Source: an uncultured Candidatus Saccharibacteria bacterium | GTDB taxonomy: Bacteria; Patescibacteriota; Minisyncoccia; UBA6257; UBA11618 | Assembly (NCBI GenBank): GCA_964362125.1 | Contig: CAYICS010000001.1 | Location: 18,052-82,051 of the forward strand | Direction: 5' to 3' | DNA length: 64,000 bases | Translations under genes and position numbers: made by a program | In this document: one piece after another, positions 18,033 to 27,240 of the stretch | Numbering within the stretch: position 1 is the first letter of the stretch | How the letters are laid out: every line of letters starts with the position of its first letter | The notes under the pieces: generated by a model | What the model saw: the letters and a program-made list of their open reading frames with translations, nothing else | Database searches by the model: none | What the model was told of the DNA's origin: nothing

Positions 18033-19090
18033 GAACTACCATCGCCGTCATTGTCACTGTCATTGTCATGGTCGTGGTCGTAATCACGCCTGCCTTCGCT
18101 TTGGCTCAAGTGGAAACCTGCGGCCCCACACCTCAAGGCAACTACCGCCTTTGTTCGGCCATCCCGGGCATTGAAGAAGTCACTGGCATAGCTGATTTGA
18201 TTAAACAGTTTTTCAGATTTGCCTTGGTGGCTGGCGGGACAGTGGCTTTTATACTGGTCATCATCGGCGGCATCACTCTGATTTTGGAGAGCGGCAATGT
18301 GGTCAAACAGGGTCAGGCCCGGGCCCGGATTACCAGCGCCATTGTTGGTTTGCTGCTGCTGATGGGCTCAACCTTAATTCTCTACAATCTCAACCCCGAG
18401 TTAATTACCATCGAGGAGCCGGGCCTACCCGAACCTTCAGAAGCCAGGGATTTAGAAGAGATGGCTGGGGCCTTGGGGAAAAATTTGACGGGCAGGGCGG
18501 TGATGATTGAAGCACGGCACCAACAGTTTATTGAAACTCAGCTTACAAAAAGAATGGATGAGGAAAAAAATTTATCAGAACAAGCGACTTTAATGAGACA
18601 GGAGATTACTGTTTTGGAAAATGCCGAGGGACTGACTGCTGACCAAAGACAACGGCTGGCCCAATTAAAAACTGAAGCTCCAGCCGCTGAAAACAAATTA
18701 TTACGACTCAAACAAGATCGTCTTTCTGCCCAATTAACCCAAGTTCAAGATCAAATTAACCAGATGGTGGATAAATCACAGCAGAACTGGAAAGGAAGAT
18801 CAGTGGGTTTCTTTGGTCAGTGGTTAGGTGGCGGGCGCTCTTTCACCCAAGCCGCCCATTATGCTGGTTTGAAAGAAACGGAACGGGCAAAGTTTGATCA
18901 ACTATTGGGAAACAGAGCGAGTTTGGTAAAAGAACTGCGCCAAGTGGAACAACAATTGGGTATTCCCCAAGCCGAGGATTTGGGCAGGCAAGAATCAGAG
19001 CAGGCTGTAGAGCGAGCTCGGGAGTTAATGCGAAGTATCCCACCATCTAAATACGAAGGGGGTCGTCCTGGTAGTAGAAGTCTCTATTAA
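18029..19090 (+). CDS. TrbC/VirB2-like pilin domain fused to coiled coil
   Basis: Signal, CxxxxxxxxxxC, two TMs with IIGG..GN...ARARITSAIVGLLLL..LYNLNP. Confidence 0.75.
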   Translation: MRTTIAVIVTVIVMVVVVITPAFALAQVETCGPTPQGNYRLCSAIPGIEEVTGIADLIKQFFRFALVAGGTVAFILVIIGGITLILESGNVVKQGQARARITSAIVGLLLLMGSTLILYNLNPELITIEEPGLPEPSEARDLEEMAGALGKNLTGRAVMIEARHQQFIETQLTKRMDEEKNLSEQATLMRQEITVLENAEGLTADQRQRLAQLKTEAPAAENKLLRLKQDRLSAQLTQVQDQINQMVDKSQQNWKGRSVGFFGQWLGGGRSFTQAAHYAGLKETERAKFDQLLGNRASLVKELRQVEQQLGIPQAEDLGRQESEQAVERARELMRSIPPSKYEGGRPGSRSLY

Positions 19091-19092
19091 AA

Positions 19093-19872
19093 ATGAGAAA
19101 GTGGTTAATTATTATCGTCATTATTCTGATCCTGATCTTTTTAGGAGTTATTTTTTACCTGGGCTTAAAACAAACCAGGGTAGAGTTGCCGGCGCAAGTG
19201 GTCGGCCAGCCGACACCAGAACCGCCCCTGATCCCAGTAGTGACCAACCTCAAAGAAGCGACGCTAGATGAAAAAAAGACCTATCAAATAGAACTGGCCC
19301 AGAAGGCAGTAGAGCTCCCCCCAACACTGAATCTGCTTGATGTCGCCGCTCGCCCCTATAAAAAGGACCAGTTGTTAATCATTGAAAAACCCTCGGGATT
19401 TTTAGAAACCAACGCTTGGGTTTATCACCAAAAAAACGGGGTTTCAATTCCGCTTTTCCAAGGAATTATTGGTCTGTCCTTAAACTGGTCAACTGATGGC
19501 GAGCAAATGCTTAAGTTTCAAATTGAACCCGAGACGCGGCGGCCTAATTTAACTTTAATTAACCAAAGCGACAACTTAGAATTGGAATTGCCTTGGGTGA
19601 CATTCCCAGAGAAATGTTTAATAGAAAAAGAGGCCCTCTACTGCGCTGTGCCCTTGGAACTGCCGGCTAATCTGAGGTGGCCTGACGATTATTGGAAGCG
19701 CCGCTTTTATCCGCAAGACCGCTTGGTCAAGCTGGTGATCAAAAATTCCTCGATTGAGACACTCGACGACGGCCTTAGCCAACTAATTGACGCTGTTGAT
19801 TTAAAGCTGATTAAAAACGAACTCTACTTCACCAACCGCCGCAACGGCAAGGTTTATAAAATAAATATTTAA
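19093..19872 (+). CDS. membrane-anchored hypothetical protein
   Basis: N-terminal TM; FPEKC..LYCAVP..PDDYW. Confidence 0.75.
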   Translation: MRKWLIIIVIILILIFLGVIFYLGLKQTRVELPAQVVGQPTPEPPLIPVVTNLKEATLDEKKTYQIELAQKAVELPPTLNLLDVAARPYKKDQLLIIEKPSGFLETNAWVYHQKNGVSIPLFQGIIGLSLNWSTDGEQMLKFQIEPETRRPNLTLINQSDNLELELPWVTFPEKCLIEKEALYCAVPLELPANLRWPDDYWKRRFYPQDRLVKLVIKNSSIETLDDGLSQLIDAVDLKLIKNELYFTNRRNGKVYKINI

Positions 19873-20309
19873 AGCAGTGGTTTCACCACCACACTCCGTT
19901 CTGACCTTTCGCCGGCGCTTTCGGTAGTGACATCGGGTCTGGTGGCTAATTCAGTGTGGATAAGACGGCGCTCGTAAGCATTCATTGCCGGCAACTTGAC
20001 CTCGGTTCTGGTCAGCATCACTTTTCGGGCGGCGGCCCGGGCCAGATCAATAATAATCCGCTCCCGCTCCCGGCGGTAATTGTTGATATCAATAAAAACA
20101 TTCTGCTCTAAACCCTGCTTCCTGCCCGCCAACCGCGCCAAATGAGTCAGGTCACCAATCAGCTTGGGCACCCAGTCTCTGAACCAGTCGCCTTCATTAA
20201 TAAAAATCGCCAAGCGCCGGCTCTCTTTTTCCAAATCAACTTTAAAATCACGAAAACCGGCCAGTGCCAACATCTTTTGAATTGCTTCTTGAATCTGTTC
20301 CATAGCCAT
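19869..20309 (-). CDS. jag: Jag/R3H RNA-binding protein
   Basis: DINNYR, LPAMNAYERRLIH (R3H), TESAGE; follows yidC. Confidence 0.85.
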   Translation of the reverse strand: MAMEQIQEAIQKMLALAGFRDFKVDLEKESRRLAIFINEGDWFRDWVPKLIGDLTHLARLAGRKQGLEQNVFIDINNYRRERERIIIDLARAAARKVMLTRTEVKLPAMNAYERRLIHTELATRPDVTTESAGERSERSVVVKPLL

Positions 20310-20934
20310 AAACTATTTTATTGATATACAACTGCTGGCCGATCGAGAATAAGGTGGTGGTTAACCAGTAGAAACCGACAGCTGAAGGCAGGTAGGCAAG
20401 AATAGTCAATGTCAAAACCGGACCGATAAAAACCATATTTTTAGCCATTGGATCAGCCTTTTGTTTGGGGAGACTCAACCGGCCCTGAAAATACTGAGCC
20501 ACAACCGACAAAACCACTACCATTATACTGGTTTCTTTTAAATCTATCAAGCCCAGCGACCAACTGTTTAAATCCGGCGGCGGCTGTAAGAAAACCCGGT
20601 AGAGGGCGATGAGAATCGGCAGTTGAATTAAAAGCAAAAGAAAGGTGGTGAGGGGATTGATTTGGTGACGGCGATAAAGCTCCAGCATAGCCTGGGCCTG
20701 CTTCTCCCGATTGTCTTTATGTTGGTTTTGGATTTTTTCTAACTCCGGCCGCAGTTTCTGGAGGGCGGCCTGACTCTTAAAACTTTTATAAAAAAGCGGG
20801 AAGAGCACAATTCTCACAACCAAGGTTAATAAAATAATCGCCACCCCCAAGTCCTGGAAGGCCAGATTATTATAAAGCCAAACTAAAAGATAAAATAACG
20901 GCTCAACTAGGATTTTGTGAAATAAACCACTCAT
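20248..20934 (-). CDS. yidC: membrane protein insertase YidC
   Basis: GVAIILLTLVVRIVLFPL, INPL, IQLPILIALY, YW. Confidence 0.9.
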   Translation of the reverse strand: MSGLFHKILVEPLFYLLVWLYNNLAFQDLGVAIILLTLVVRIVLFPLFYKSFKSQAALQKLRPELEKIQNQHKDNREKQAQAMLELYRRHQINPLTTFLLLLIQLPILIALYRVFLQPPPDLNSWSLGLIDLKETSIMVVVLSVVAQYFQGRLSLPKQKADPMAKNMVFIGPVLTLTILAYLPSAVGFYWLTTTLFSIGQQLYINKIVYGYGTDSRSNSKDVGTGRFS

Positions 20935-21208
20935 TGATTTCTTTTTGACTTAAACGATCAGCCCTAGTCTGGGCAATAATGAGATAATCAGCCACCGGCC
21001 ACTGTTTTAATACTAACTCAGCAGCCTGAAATAACCTACGCCGCAGACGATTTCTCTCAACACTATTTTTAGCCGAGACGATGACGCTCAGGCGGCTAAA
21101 AGAGCGGGGGGAAGAGAAGATTTTGATGGTAAAATAAGGGCCGCGAACTACCCGGCCTTTTTGATGAGCAACTTCAAGGATGGGCAAACGAAATTTTTTA
21201 GACAACAT
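20903..21208 (-). CDS. rnpA: RNase P protein component
   Basis: MLSKKFRL, SVERNRLRR; position between rpmH and yidC. Confidence 0.85.
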   Translation of the reverse strand: MLSKKFRLPILEVAHQKGRVVRGPYFTIKIFSSPRSFSRLSVIVSAKNSVERNRLRRRLFQAAELVLKQWPVADYLIIAQTRADRLSQKEINEWFISQNPS

Positions 21209-21221
21209 TTTTTAGACAATA

Positions 21222-21356
21222 TTACAAAGCCAAACGATACCGGCCTTTACGGCGCCGCCTTCTTAAAACCCGCTGGCCGGTGCTTTTCCGCATTCTTTTA
21301 AGAAAGCCGTGACTGCGGCTTCTTTTTCTTTTACTGGGTTTAGTAATTCTAGTCAT
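21222..21356 (-). CDS. rpmH: 50S ribosomal protein L34 (not in ORF track)
   Basis: Hand translation MTRITKPSKRKRSRSHGFLKRMRKSTGQRVLRRRRRKGRYRLAL. Confidence 0.95.
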   Translation of the reverse strand: MTRITKPSKRKRSRSHGFLKRMRKSTGQRVLRRRRRKGRYRLAL

Positions 21357-21374
21357 AAAAACGAGCTTAGCAGG

Positions 21375-21443
21375 TTATCCCCAACTTATCAACATTTTTT
21401 CCCAACCTGTCACTCTTGACCAACTCTTAACCCCATCTAAAAT
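21375..21443 (+). promoter_or_regulatory. dnaA promoter with DnaA-box-like sites
   Basis: TTATCCCCA 21375, TTATCAACA 21386, TTGACC-16-TAAAAT 6 nt before GTG. Confidence 0.65.
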
Positions 21444-21449
21444 GAACTT

Positions 21450-22811
21450 GTGGATCTTAATCAGCTTTGGCAAAAAGCGTTAGGTGAGATAGAACTGCAA
21501 ATTTCCCGACCAAATTTTGCCACCTGGTTAAAAAACAGCTCTATTATTGATCGACGGGAGGGAACGGTGGTTATTGGTCTGCCTAATAACTTCGCCAAAA
21601 CCTGGGTAGAAGACAAATATCATAAAATTATCTTGGGGACCTTGAGGAATTTAGATGAAAATATCCGCCGGGTAGAGTTCATCCTCATCACCAGCCAAGT
21701 CCAACCAATGATTATCAGTCAAAAATTTAATATTGAAACCGGTCCCCAATTGGCTTTTAACGAATTAAATATCGACCCCAGCACCAATCTGAATCCCCGT
21801 TATAATCTCCAGTCGTTTATTGTTGGCTCTTCCAATGAAATGGCCTTTGCGGCGGTAACAGCAGTGATTAGGGAGGTGGGCAAGAAATACAACCCGCTTT
21901 TTATCTACGGCGGCGTGGGGGTAGGGAAGACTCATCTCATGCAGGGCCTAGGTAATGACATAGTGAAGGTTTATCAAGATAAGATAAAGGTGAAATACAT
22001 CTCATCGGAAAAATTCACCAATGAGGTGATTTGGGCGATTAAAAACAAAAGAATGGAGACAATGAAGGAAAAATACCGCACCGTCGATGTTTTGATTATT
22101 GATGATATTCAATTTATCGGCGGCAAGGCCAGTACCGAACAAGAATTCTTTCACACCTTTAACGCCCTTTATGAAATCAATAAACAAATAGTGATTTCCT
22201 CCGACCGCTCCCCCAAATTTATTCCTATTTTAGAGGATCGTTTGAAATCAAGATTTGAGGGAGGAATGGTGGTGGACGTCGGCTTTCCCGATTTTGAATT
22301 GAAGGTGGCGGTTTTAAAAGAAAAACTAACAGAGAGGGGGACGAGCCTCAATGAAGATGTGGTTAACACCATTGCCCATAAGGTGAAAAAGAGTTTTCGG
22401 GAGTTGGAAGGTATTCTTAATAGAATCCTTTTCTATCAACAAGTGAAAAATTTAGAAATTACCTCCCGGGTAGCGGAACAAATAATGAGTGAGGTGGTAA
22501 AAACCCCCCAACGAAACATCAGTCCGGATTTTATCATCAAAACCGTGGCCGATTATTTCGAAATCTCTGTGGCTGATTTAATCGGCCACTCCCGCAAACG
22601 ACAGGTGGTGGAGCCAAGGCAAATTTCCATTTACCTCTTGCGCGATCTCCTTGATTTGTCGTATCCCTTTATTGGGGAGAAGCTGGGGAAACGTGATCAC
22701 ACCACCATTCTCTACGCTTACGACAAAATGTCCCAAGAATCAGTTAAAAACCAAATTCTTAATCAAAAAATAATGATGATTAAAGATATTTTGGAAAAGT
22801 CTTATATATAA
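21450..22811 (+). CDS. dnaA: chromosomal replication initiator DnaA
   Basis: YNPLFIYGGVGVGKTHL, IDDIQF, QEFFHTFN, RELEG, RDHTT. Confidence 0.98.
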   Translation: MDLNQLWQKALGEIELQISRPNFATWLKNSSIIDRREGTVVIGLPNNFAKTWVEDKYHKIILGTLRNLDENIRRVEFILITSQVQPMIISQKFNIETGPQLAFNELNIDPSTNLNPRYNLQSFIVGSSNEMAFAAVTAVIREVGKKYNPLFIYGGVGVGKTHLMQGLGNDIVKVYQDKIKVKYISSEKFTNEVIWAIKNKRMETMKEKYRTVDVLIIDDIQFIGGKASTEQEFFHTFNALYEINKQIVISSDRSPKFIPILEDRLKSRFEGGMVVDVGFPDFELKVAVLKEKLTERGTSLNEDVVNTIAHKVKKSFRELEGILNRILFYQQVKNLEITSRVAEQIMSEVVKTPQRNISPDFIIKTVADYFEISVADLIGHSRKRQVVEPRQISIYLLRDLLDLSYPFIGEKLGKRDHTTILYAYDKMSQESVKNQILNQKIMMIKDILEKSYI

Positions 22812-22988
22812 CTTAATAAAACTTAATAAAATGTGAATAAAAACTATAACCCACAACCTATAACATAAAGATTATAATTACTTACCCAATTTATCCCCAA
22901 GTTTAAAAATTAAAAAAGCTGAAAAATATAAGAAAAAATAACTTATCAACAAATTCAAGTACTACTACTACGACTACTAATTAAATAT
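22812..22988. other. oriC (dnaA-dnaN intergenic)
   Basis: AT-rich; boxes TGTGAATAA 22832, TTATCCCCA 22891, TTATCAACA 22943, then DnaA-trio-like TACTACTACTACGACTACT 22960-22978. Confidence 0.85.
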
Positions 22989-24101
22989 ATGAAAGTAATA
23001 TTGTTTAAAGAAAATTTAAAAAATGGTTTAATGGTGGCGGAGAAGGCTGTGGCCGAAAATGCCAACCTCCCCATTCTTAAAAATATTTTACTAAAAACCA
23101 CTGATAATAAAATTCAGATTGTCAGCACCAATCTTGAATTAGCTATTACCAAATTAATTTCCGGAAAAATTATTGAAAATGGCTCTCTTACCATTCCCTT
23201 TAACACTTTTTATAATATTGTTAATAACACCACTCACGATCGCATTAACTTAGAAAAAAACAATAACAATTTTATTTTTAAAACCGATAACTACCAAGCT
23301 AAAATTCAAGGGGTGGCCGAGGATGAATTTCCCATCATTCCCAAATTAGAAAACACCGATCACTACCTGGAGATGGATCCGGTAATTTTTAAGGACGCTC
23401 TTAGTCGGGTGATTCATGCCGCTCAAATTTCGGAAATCAGACCAGAAATCAGCGGTATCCTCTTCGATTTTCAGATGACCATTTTGAAACTAGTGGCCAC
23501 TGATAGTTTTCGTTTGGCGGAGAAAACTTTAAATAGCAGCCAGTTTAAACATAATCTCACTAAAAATTTTCGGGTGATTGTCCCTCTCAAAACTGTTCAG
23601 GAGTTGGTGCGGGTTTTTCCCAACGACCAAAATATCAAAATTTATCTTGATAGCAACCAAATCCTTTTTCGCAACAATGATATTGAGGTTATTTCCCGGC
23701 TCATTGATGGCACCTATCCCGATTATGAACCAATTCTTCCCAAAGATATTGAGACAGAATTGCTGGTTAATCGTGATCATTTCATTAACGCCATTCGTTT
23801 GGTTAATAATTTTAGCGGTAAAACCAACGATATCCGGTTGGCAGTTAGAGACGATCAAAAGGTTTTGGATGTCTATTCTGTTAATCAGTTTTTGGGAGAA
23901 AATAACTATCTCATTCCCACTAAAACCACCGGCAGTAATTTCCAGGACACCGCCTTTAATTGGCGCTACCTCCTCGATGGTCTGAGGGCGATTGGTGAAG
24001 AAAATGTTTTCTTTGGGGTGAATGGTAATAATCGGCCGGCCATTCTTAAACCAATTGAGGACAAAAGTTTCTTTTATGTCTTAATGCCCATTAGGACTTA
24101 G
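22989..24101 (+). CDS. dnaN: DNA polymerase III beta clamp
   Basis: LPILKNILL, STNLE, VATDSFRLAE, SRLIDGTYPDY, LMPIR. Confidence 0.97.
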   Translation: MKVILFKENLKNGLMVAEKAVAENANLPILKNILLKTTDNKIQIVSTNLELAITKLISGKIIENGSLTIPFNTFYNIVNNTTHDRINLEKNNNNFIFKTDNYQAKIQGVAEDEFPIIPKLENTDHYLEMDPVIFKDALSRVIHAAQISEIRPEISGILFDFQMTILKLVATDSFRLAEKTLNSSQFKHNLTKNFRVIVPLKTVQELVRVFPNDQNIKIYLDSNQILFRNNDIEVISRLIDGTYPDYEPILPKDIETELLVNRDHFINAIRLVNNFSGKTNDIRLAVRDDQKVLDVYSVNQFLGENNYLIPTKTTGSNFQDTAFNWRYLLDGLRAIGEENVFFGVNGNNRPAILKPIEDKSFFYVLMPIRT

Positions 24102-26416
24102 GATCTAAAGAAGAAAATCACCTCTTTAGTTTGAGAGTTATTACTGCTATCAAAGGCTTTAATTAAAAGTTTATTTTGATTTTCCAGGGGGGCGGCGATG
24201 GTGTTTTGGTAGTGGACTTCTCGTCCCAAGCCCGAGCTTTTTTGCTCAATCAACTGATTGTTAAGATAAATTTCCATTTTAATCAGTTCATTTTGAGTTT
24301 TAATGATGGTGTCGATGTTTAGGTTGCCGCTGACTAAAAATTGTCCGCTTTGCGGCGAGACAATTTCAATACTGATAGGGCCGCCGGGACCAGTGGGGCT
24401 AATCAGTCCGGCGTTTTCCCGCGCCCATTCCAAAACCGGCTTTTCCCAATTTTCAAATTGAGGATCTTTTTTGGGGTCGGCGGGGGCCGCTCCTTGAGGA
24501 TTATTTTTACTGACATGATAAAGGATTTCGTGAATTTCGTTGTTGACCAGATATTGGCCGTTGAGCGCTGGTTTATCAGTTAAAATAATTTCCGGGCGCA
24601 GGAAGGTTTCCTGAGAATAATTTTTTAAAACTTCATTCATAAAAGCCGACCAAATTGGCACTGCCGCCAAAATACTGCCGCCTCGGCGCTGCATGGGGGC
24701 GTTGTCATTGTTGCCGGCCCAAACTCCCGCCACCAAAGATGGGGTGTAGCCAATGGCCCAGGCATCGCGGTAGTCATCGGTGGTGCCGGTTTTTAAAGCC
24801 ACCTCCTGATTGGGGAAGATGGTTAGGGCCAAACTGTTTTGAAAAAGGGGCGACCGGGCTTGGGTGTCACTTAAAATATCGTTGATTAAACGGACTAATT
24901 GCGGTTCCACTACCGGCTCTGGCTGATCTTTAAATTCCTCAATAATCTTTCCCTGCGAATCCATCACTTGAAGAATAATTGATTGTCGACGCCTCACCCC
25001 ATCCTGACTAAAAATTGAATAGGCGCTGACTAATTCGGCTAATTTCACCTCACCTCCGCCTAAAGCCAAAGATAGTCCATAACGGCTTTTTTCAGTGAGG
25101 GTGGTTATTCCCATTTTTTTGACGGCGGCCAAAGTCTCATCAAGGCCAGCTAGGTACAGAGTCTTGACCGAGGGAATGTTAATTGATTGAGCCAGTCCCT
25201 GCCGCATGGTGACTGGCCCCCGGAATTTTTCGTCAAAGTTTTGGGGCTTATAACTTTTCTCGGGTTTTTCCGTGGTGTCAAATTCTGTTTCCAGATCGAA
25301 AAGTACTGTCTCAGGAGTGTAACCCTTACTAAAAGCGGTTAAATAAGCAAAGGGTTTAATGGCTGAGCCGGGCTGGCGCAGGCCTTGAGTAGCCACATTG
25401 AAGTTGCCGTCAATTTCTGTGTCAAAGTAGTTGCGCGAGCCCACCATAGCCAGTACCTGCCCGGTTTTGCCGTCTTCAGCTACCAAAGCGGCGTTGGTGC
25501 CTTGATATAATTCGGTGTTGCGGCTGGCGCCGTCAGCCGCCACCTTTTCTGCCAACTCCTGCAGCGGCCAGTCAAGAGTGGTAGTTACTTTCAAACCAGC
25601 GCCGCGCACATAATCTTCTCCATATTGATTGATTAAATAATCTTGAACAGCAATGACAAAATGGGGCGCCTTAATCCTCACTGCCGGCGGCGCCAGAGGA
25701 ATTTCTTTGTCTTTGTCTGCGGCTAATTGCAATTGGTCCAAAACAAAATCTTTTCTGGTCAGTAATTCGTCCCGGTGGGCGCCCCAAGGTGAATAGTAGC
25801 TGGGGGCTTTAGGCAGACTGACTAATAAAGCAATTTCCTGCGGCTCTAAATCTCTAGCGCTTTTATTAAAATAAGTTTGGGCAGCCGCCTCGATGCCATA
25901 GGCATTACTGCCATAGGGGATCTGGTTGAGGTAGAGTTCTAAAATCTCGTCCTTATTATATTTTTGTTCCAGGCGCCAGGCGAGAACCAGCTCTTTAATT
26001 TTTCTAACCAAAGTCCGCTCTGGTTTGAGAAAGACGTTTTTGGCTAATTGCTGGGTGATAGTCGAGCCGCCTTGGACGACCCGGCCGGAACGAAGGTTGG
26101 CCAAAGTCGCTCGAAACACCGCCCGCCAATCCACCCCGCCGTGTTTATAGAAATTTTGATCTTCGATGGCCAGGGTGGCCTTTTTCACTAGTTCAGGAAT
26201 CCGGTCAAAAGGCACCACCGTCCTTTTTTGCTCGCCATAGAGCTCGTAAAGTAAAATTTCACCAGTGCGATCGTAAATTTTAGTTGATTGAGCGATTTGG
26301 CGTTCATCAAAAATCTCCGGATTAGGGAGGGTCTTAAATAAAAAGGCGGCGTAACCAGCAATCATCAGTCCTGTAAGAATTATTAATCCCGCCAGTCCTA
26401 TGAGAATTTTTTTCAT
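24098..26416 (-). CDS. class A penicillin-binding protein (PBP1A family)
   Basis: AIEDQNFY, GGSTITQQL, RKIKE, RQPGSAIKP, SIN, KTGT. Confidence 0.95.
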   Translation of the reverse strand: MKKILIGLAGLIILTGLMIAGYAAFLFKTLPNPEIFDERQIAQSTKIYDRTGEILLYELYGEQKRTVVPFDRIPELVKKATLAIEDQNFYKHGGVDWRAVFRATLANLRSGRVVQGGSTITQQLAKNVFLKPERTLVRKIKELVLAWRLEQKYNKDEILELYLNQIPYGSNAYGIEAAAQTYFNKSARDLEPQEIALLVSLPKAPSYYSPWGAHRDELLTRKDFVLDQLQLAADKDKEIPLAPPAVRIKAPHFVIAVQDYLINQYGEDYVRGAGLKVTTTLDWPLQELAEKVAADGASRNTELYQGTNAALVAEDGKTGQVLAMVGSRNYFDTEIDGNFNVATQGLRQPGSAIKPFAYLTAFSKGYTPETVLFDLETEFDTTEKPEKSYKPQNFDEKFRGPVTMRQGLAQSINIPSVKTLYLAGLDETLAAVKKMGITTLTEKSRYGLSLALGGGEVKLAELVSAYSIFSQDGVRRRQSIILQVMDSQGKIIEEFKDQPEPVVEPQLVRLINDILSDTQARSPLFQNSLALTIFPNQEVALKTGTTDDYRDAWAIGYTPSLVAGVWAGNNDNAPMQRRGGSILAAVPIWSAFMNEVLKNYSQETFLRPEIILTDKPALNGQYLVNNEIHEILYHVSKNNPQGAAPADPKKDPQFENWEKPVLEWARENAGLISPTGPGGPISIEIVSPQSGQFLVSGNLNIDTIIKTQNELIKMEIYLNNQLIEQKSSGLGREVHYQNTIAAPLENQNKLLIKAFDSSNNSQTKEVIFFFRS

Positions 26417-26436
26417 AATATTTTAATTTATAAATC

Positions 26437-26468
26437 AAAACCCGCCCCGATGTCCATCGGGGCGGGTT
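26437..26468 (-). terminator. hairpin terminator of the acidic microprotein gene
   Basis: AACCCGCCCCGATG...CATCGGGGCGGGTT with T-run on minus strand. Confidence 0.7.
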
Positions 26469-26489
26469 GGGTGTCAATTTTAGGTGTTG

Positions 26490-26615
26490 TTAGGTACCGT
26501 CGCCATCGCTGTAATCGTCTTCTTGAAAATCATCTTCGTAGGCAGTTTCGTCTTCGAGTTCTTCCTCATTATCAGTTCCCTCCTCCACATCTTCATTGTA
26601 GTAGTTGTAGACCAT
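26490..26615 (-). CDS. 41-aa highly acidic microprotein (not in ORF track)
   Basis: MVYNYYNEDVEEGTDNEEELEDETAYEDDFQEDDYSDGDGT; own promoter and terminator. Confidence 0.65.
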   Translation of the reverse strand: MVYNYYNEDVEEGTDNEEELEDETAYEDDFQEDDYSDGDGT

Positions 26616-26645
26616 ATGACACAGTATGACACAGTATGACACAGT
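26616..26645. repeat. ATGACACAGT x3 tandem repeat
   Basis: Three exact 10-mers abutting the microprotein start. Confidence 0.9.
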
Positions 26646-26703
26646 TGGTTAACGACCTTTAAAATTTCGAATTATCAGAAGTATAGTAGGATGATTTTGT
26701 TTG

Positions 26704-27180
26704 TCAATACTTCTGTGGATAACCCCCCGCACCAGTGATGGCAATGGCAATAGCGTCCGAGGTATCATCAAGTACTTTTAAACGGGGTTGGCCAAGGATT
26801 AAAGCTGTCATCTTGGCCACCGCTTTTTTGTCAGCGCCGCCATAGTTGGTGACCGCTTGTTTTATTTGTTGGGGAGTGTATTCTAACAGGTCGGCGCCAA
26901 AATTCAAGATGCCGGCAATAATAACCCCCCGGGCCTGGGCCACTTCAATGCCGGTTTTAATATTTTTGGTAAAAAATAGTTTTTCCACCACCACTGCCTC
27001 GGGCCTGGTTTTTTGGAGAAGTTTTTGGAAATCTTTGGCTAAATAAAACAGCTTTTGGTTGGGGTTTTTAGTTTTGATTTCAATGGCGCCGGCCGCCAGT
27101 AATTTTAAATGACTGCCTTGTTTTTCAATCAGCCCCCAACCAGTTCGGGAACTGCCCGGATCAATGCCTAAAATTTTCAT
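26704..27180 (-). CDS. ruvC: Holliday junction resolvase RuvC
   Basis: ILGIDPG, EKLFF, QARG, GGADK, DDTSDAIAIA. Confidence 0.95.
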   Translation of the reverse strand: MKILGIDPGSSRTGWGLIEKQGSHLKLLAAGAIEIKTKNPNQKLFYLAKDFQKLLQKTRPEAVVVEKLFFTKNIKTGIEVAQARGVIIAGILNFGADLLEYTPQQIKQAVTNYGGADKKAVAKMTALILGQPRLKVLDDTSDAIAIAITGAGGYPQKY

Positions 27181-27240
27181 ATTAATACCTGATTTGATGC
27201 CGCTTGCTATGTTCGGCCATTGCTATGCTAAAATTATAGT

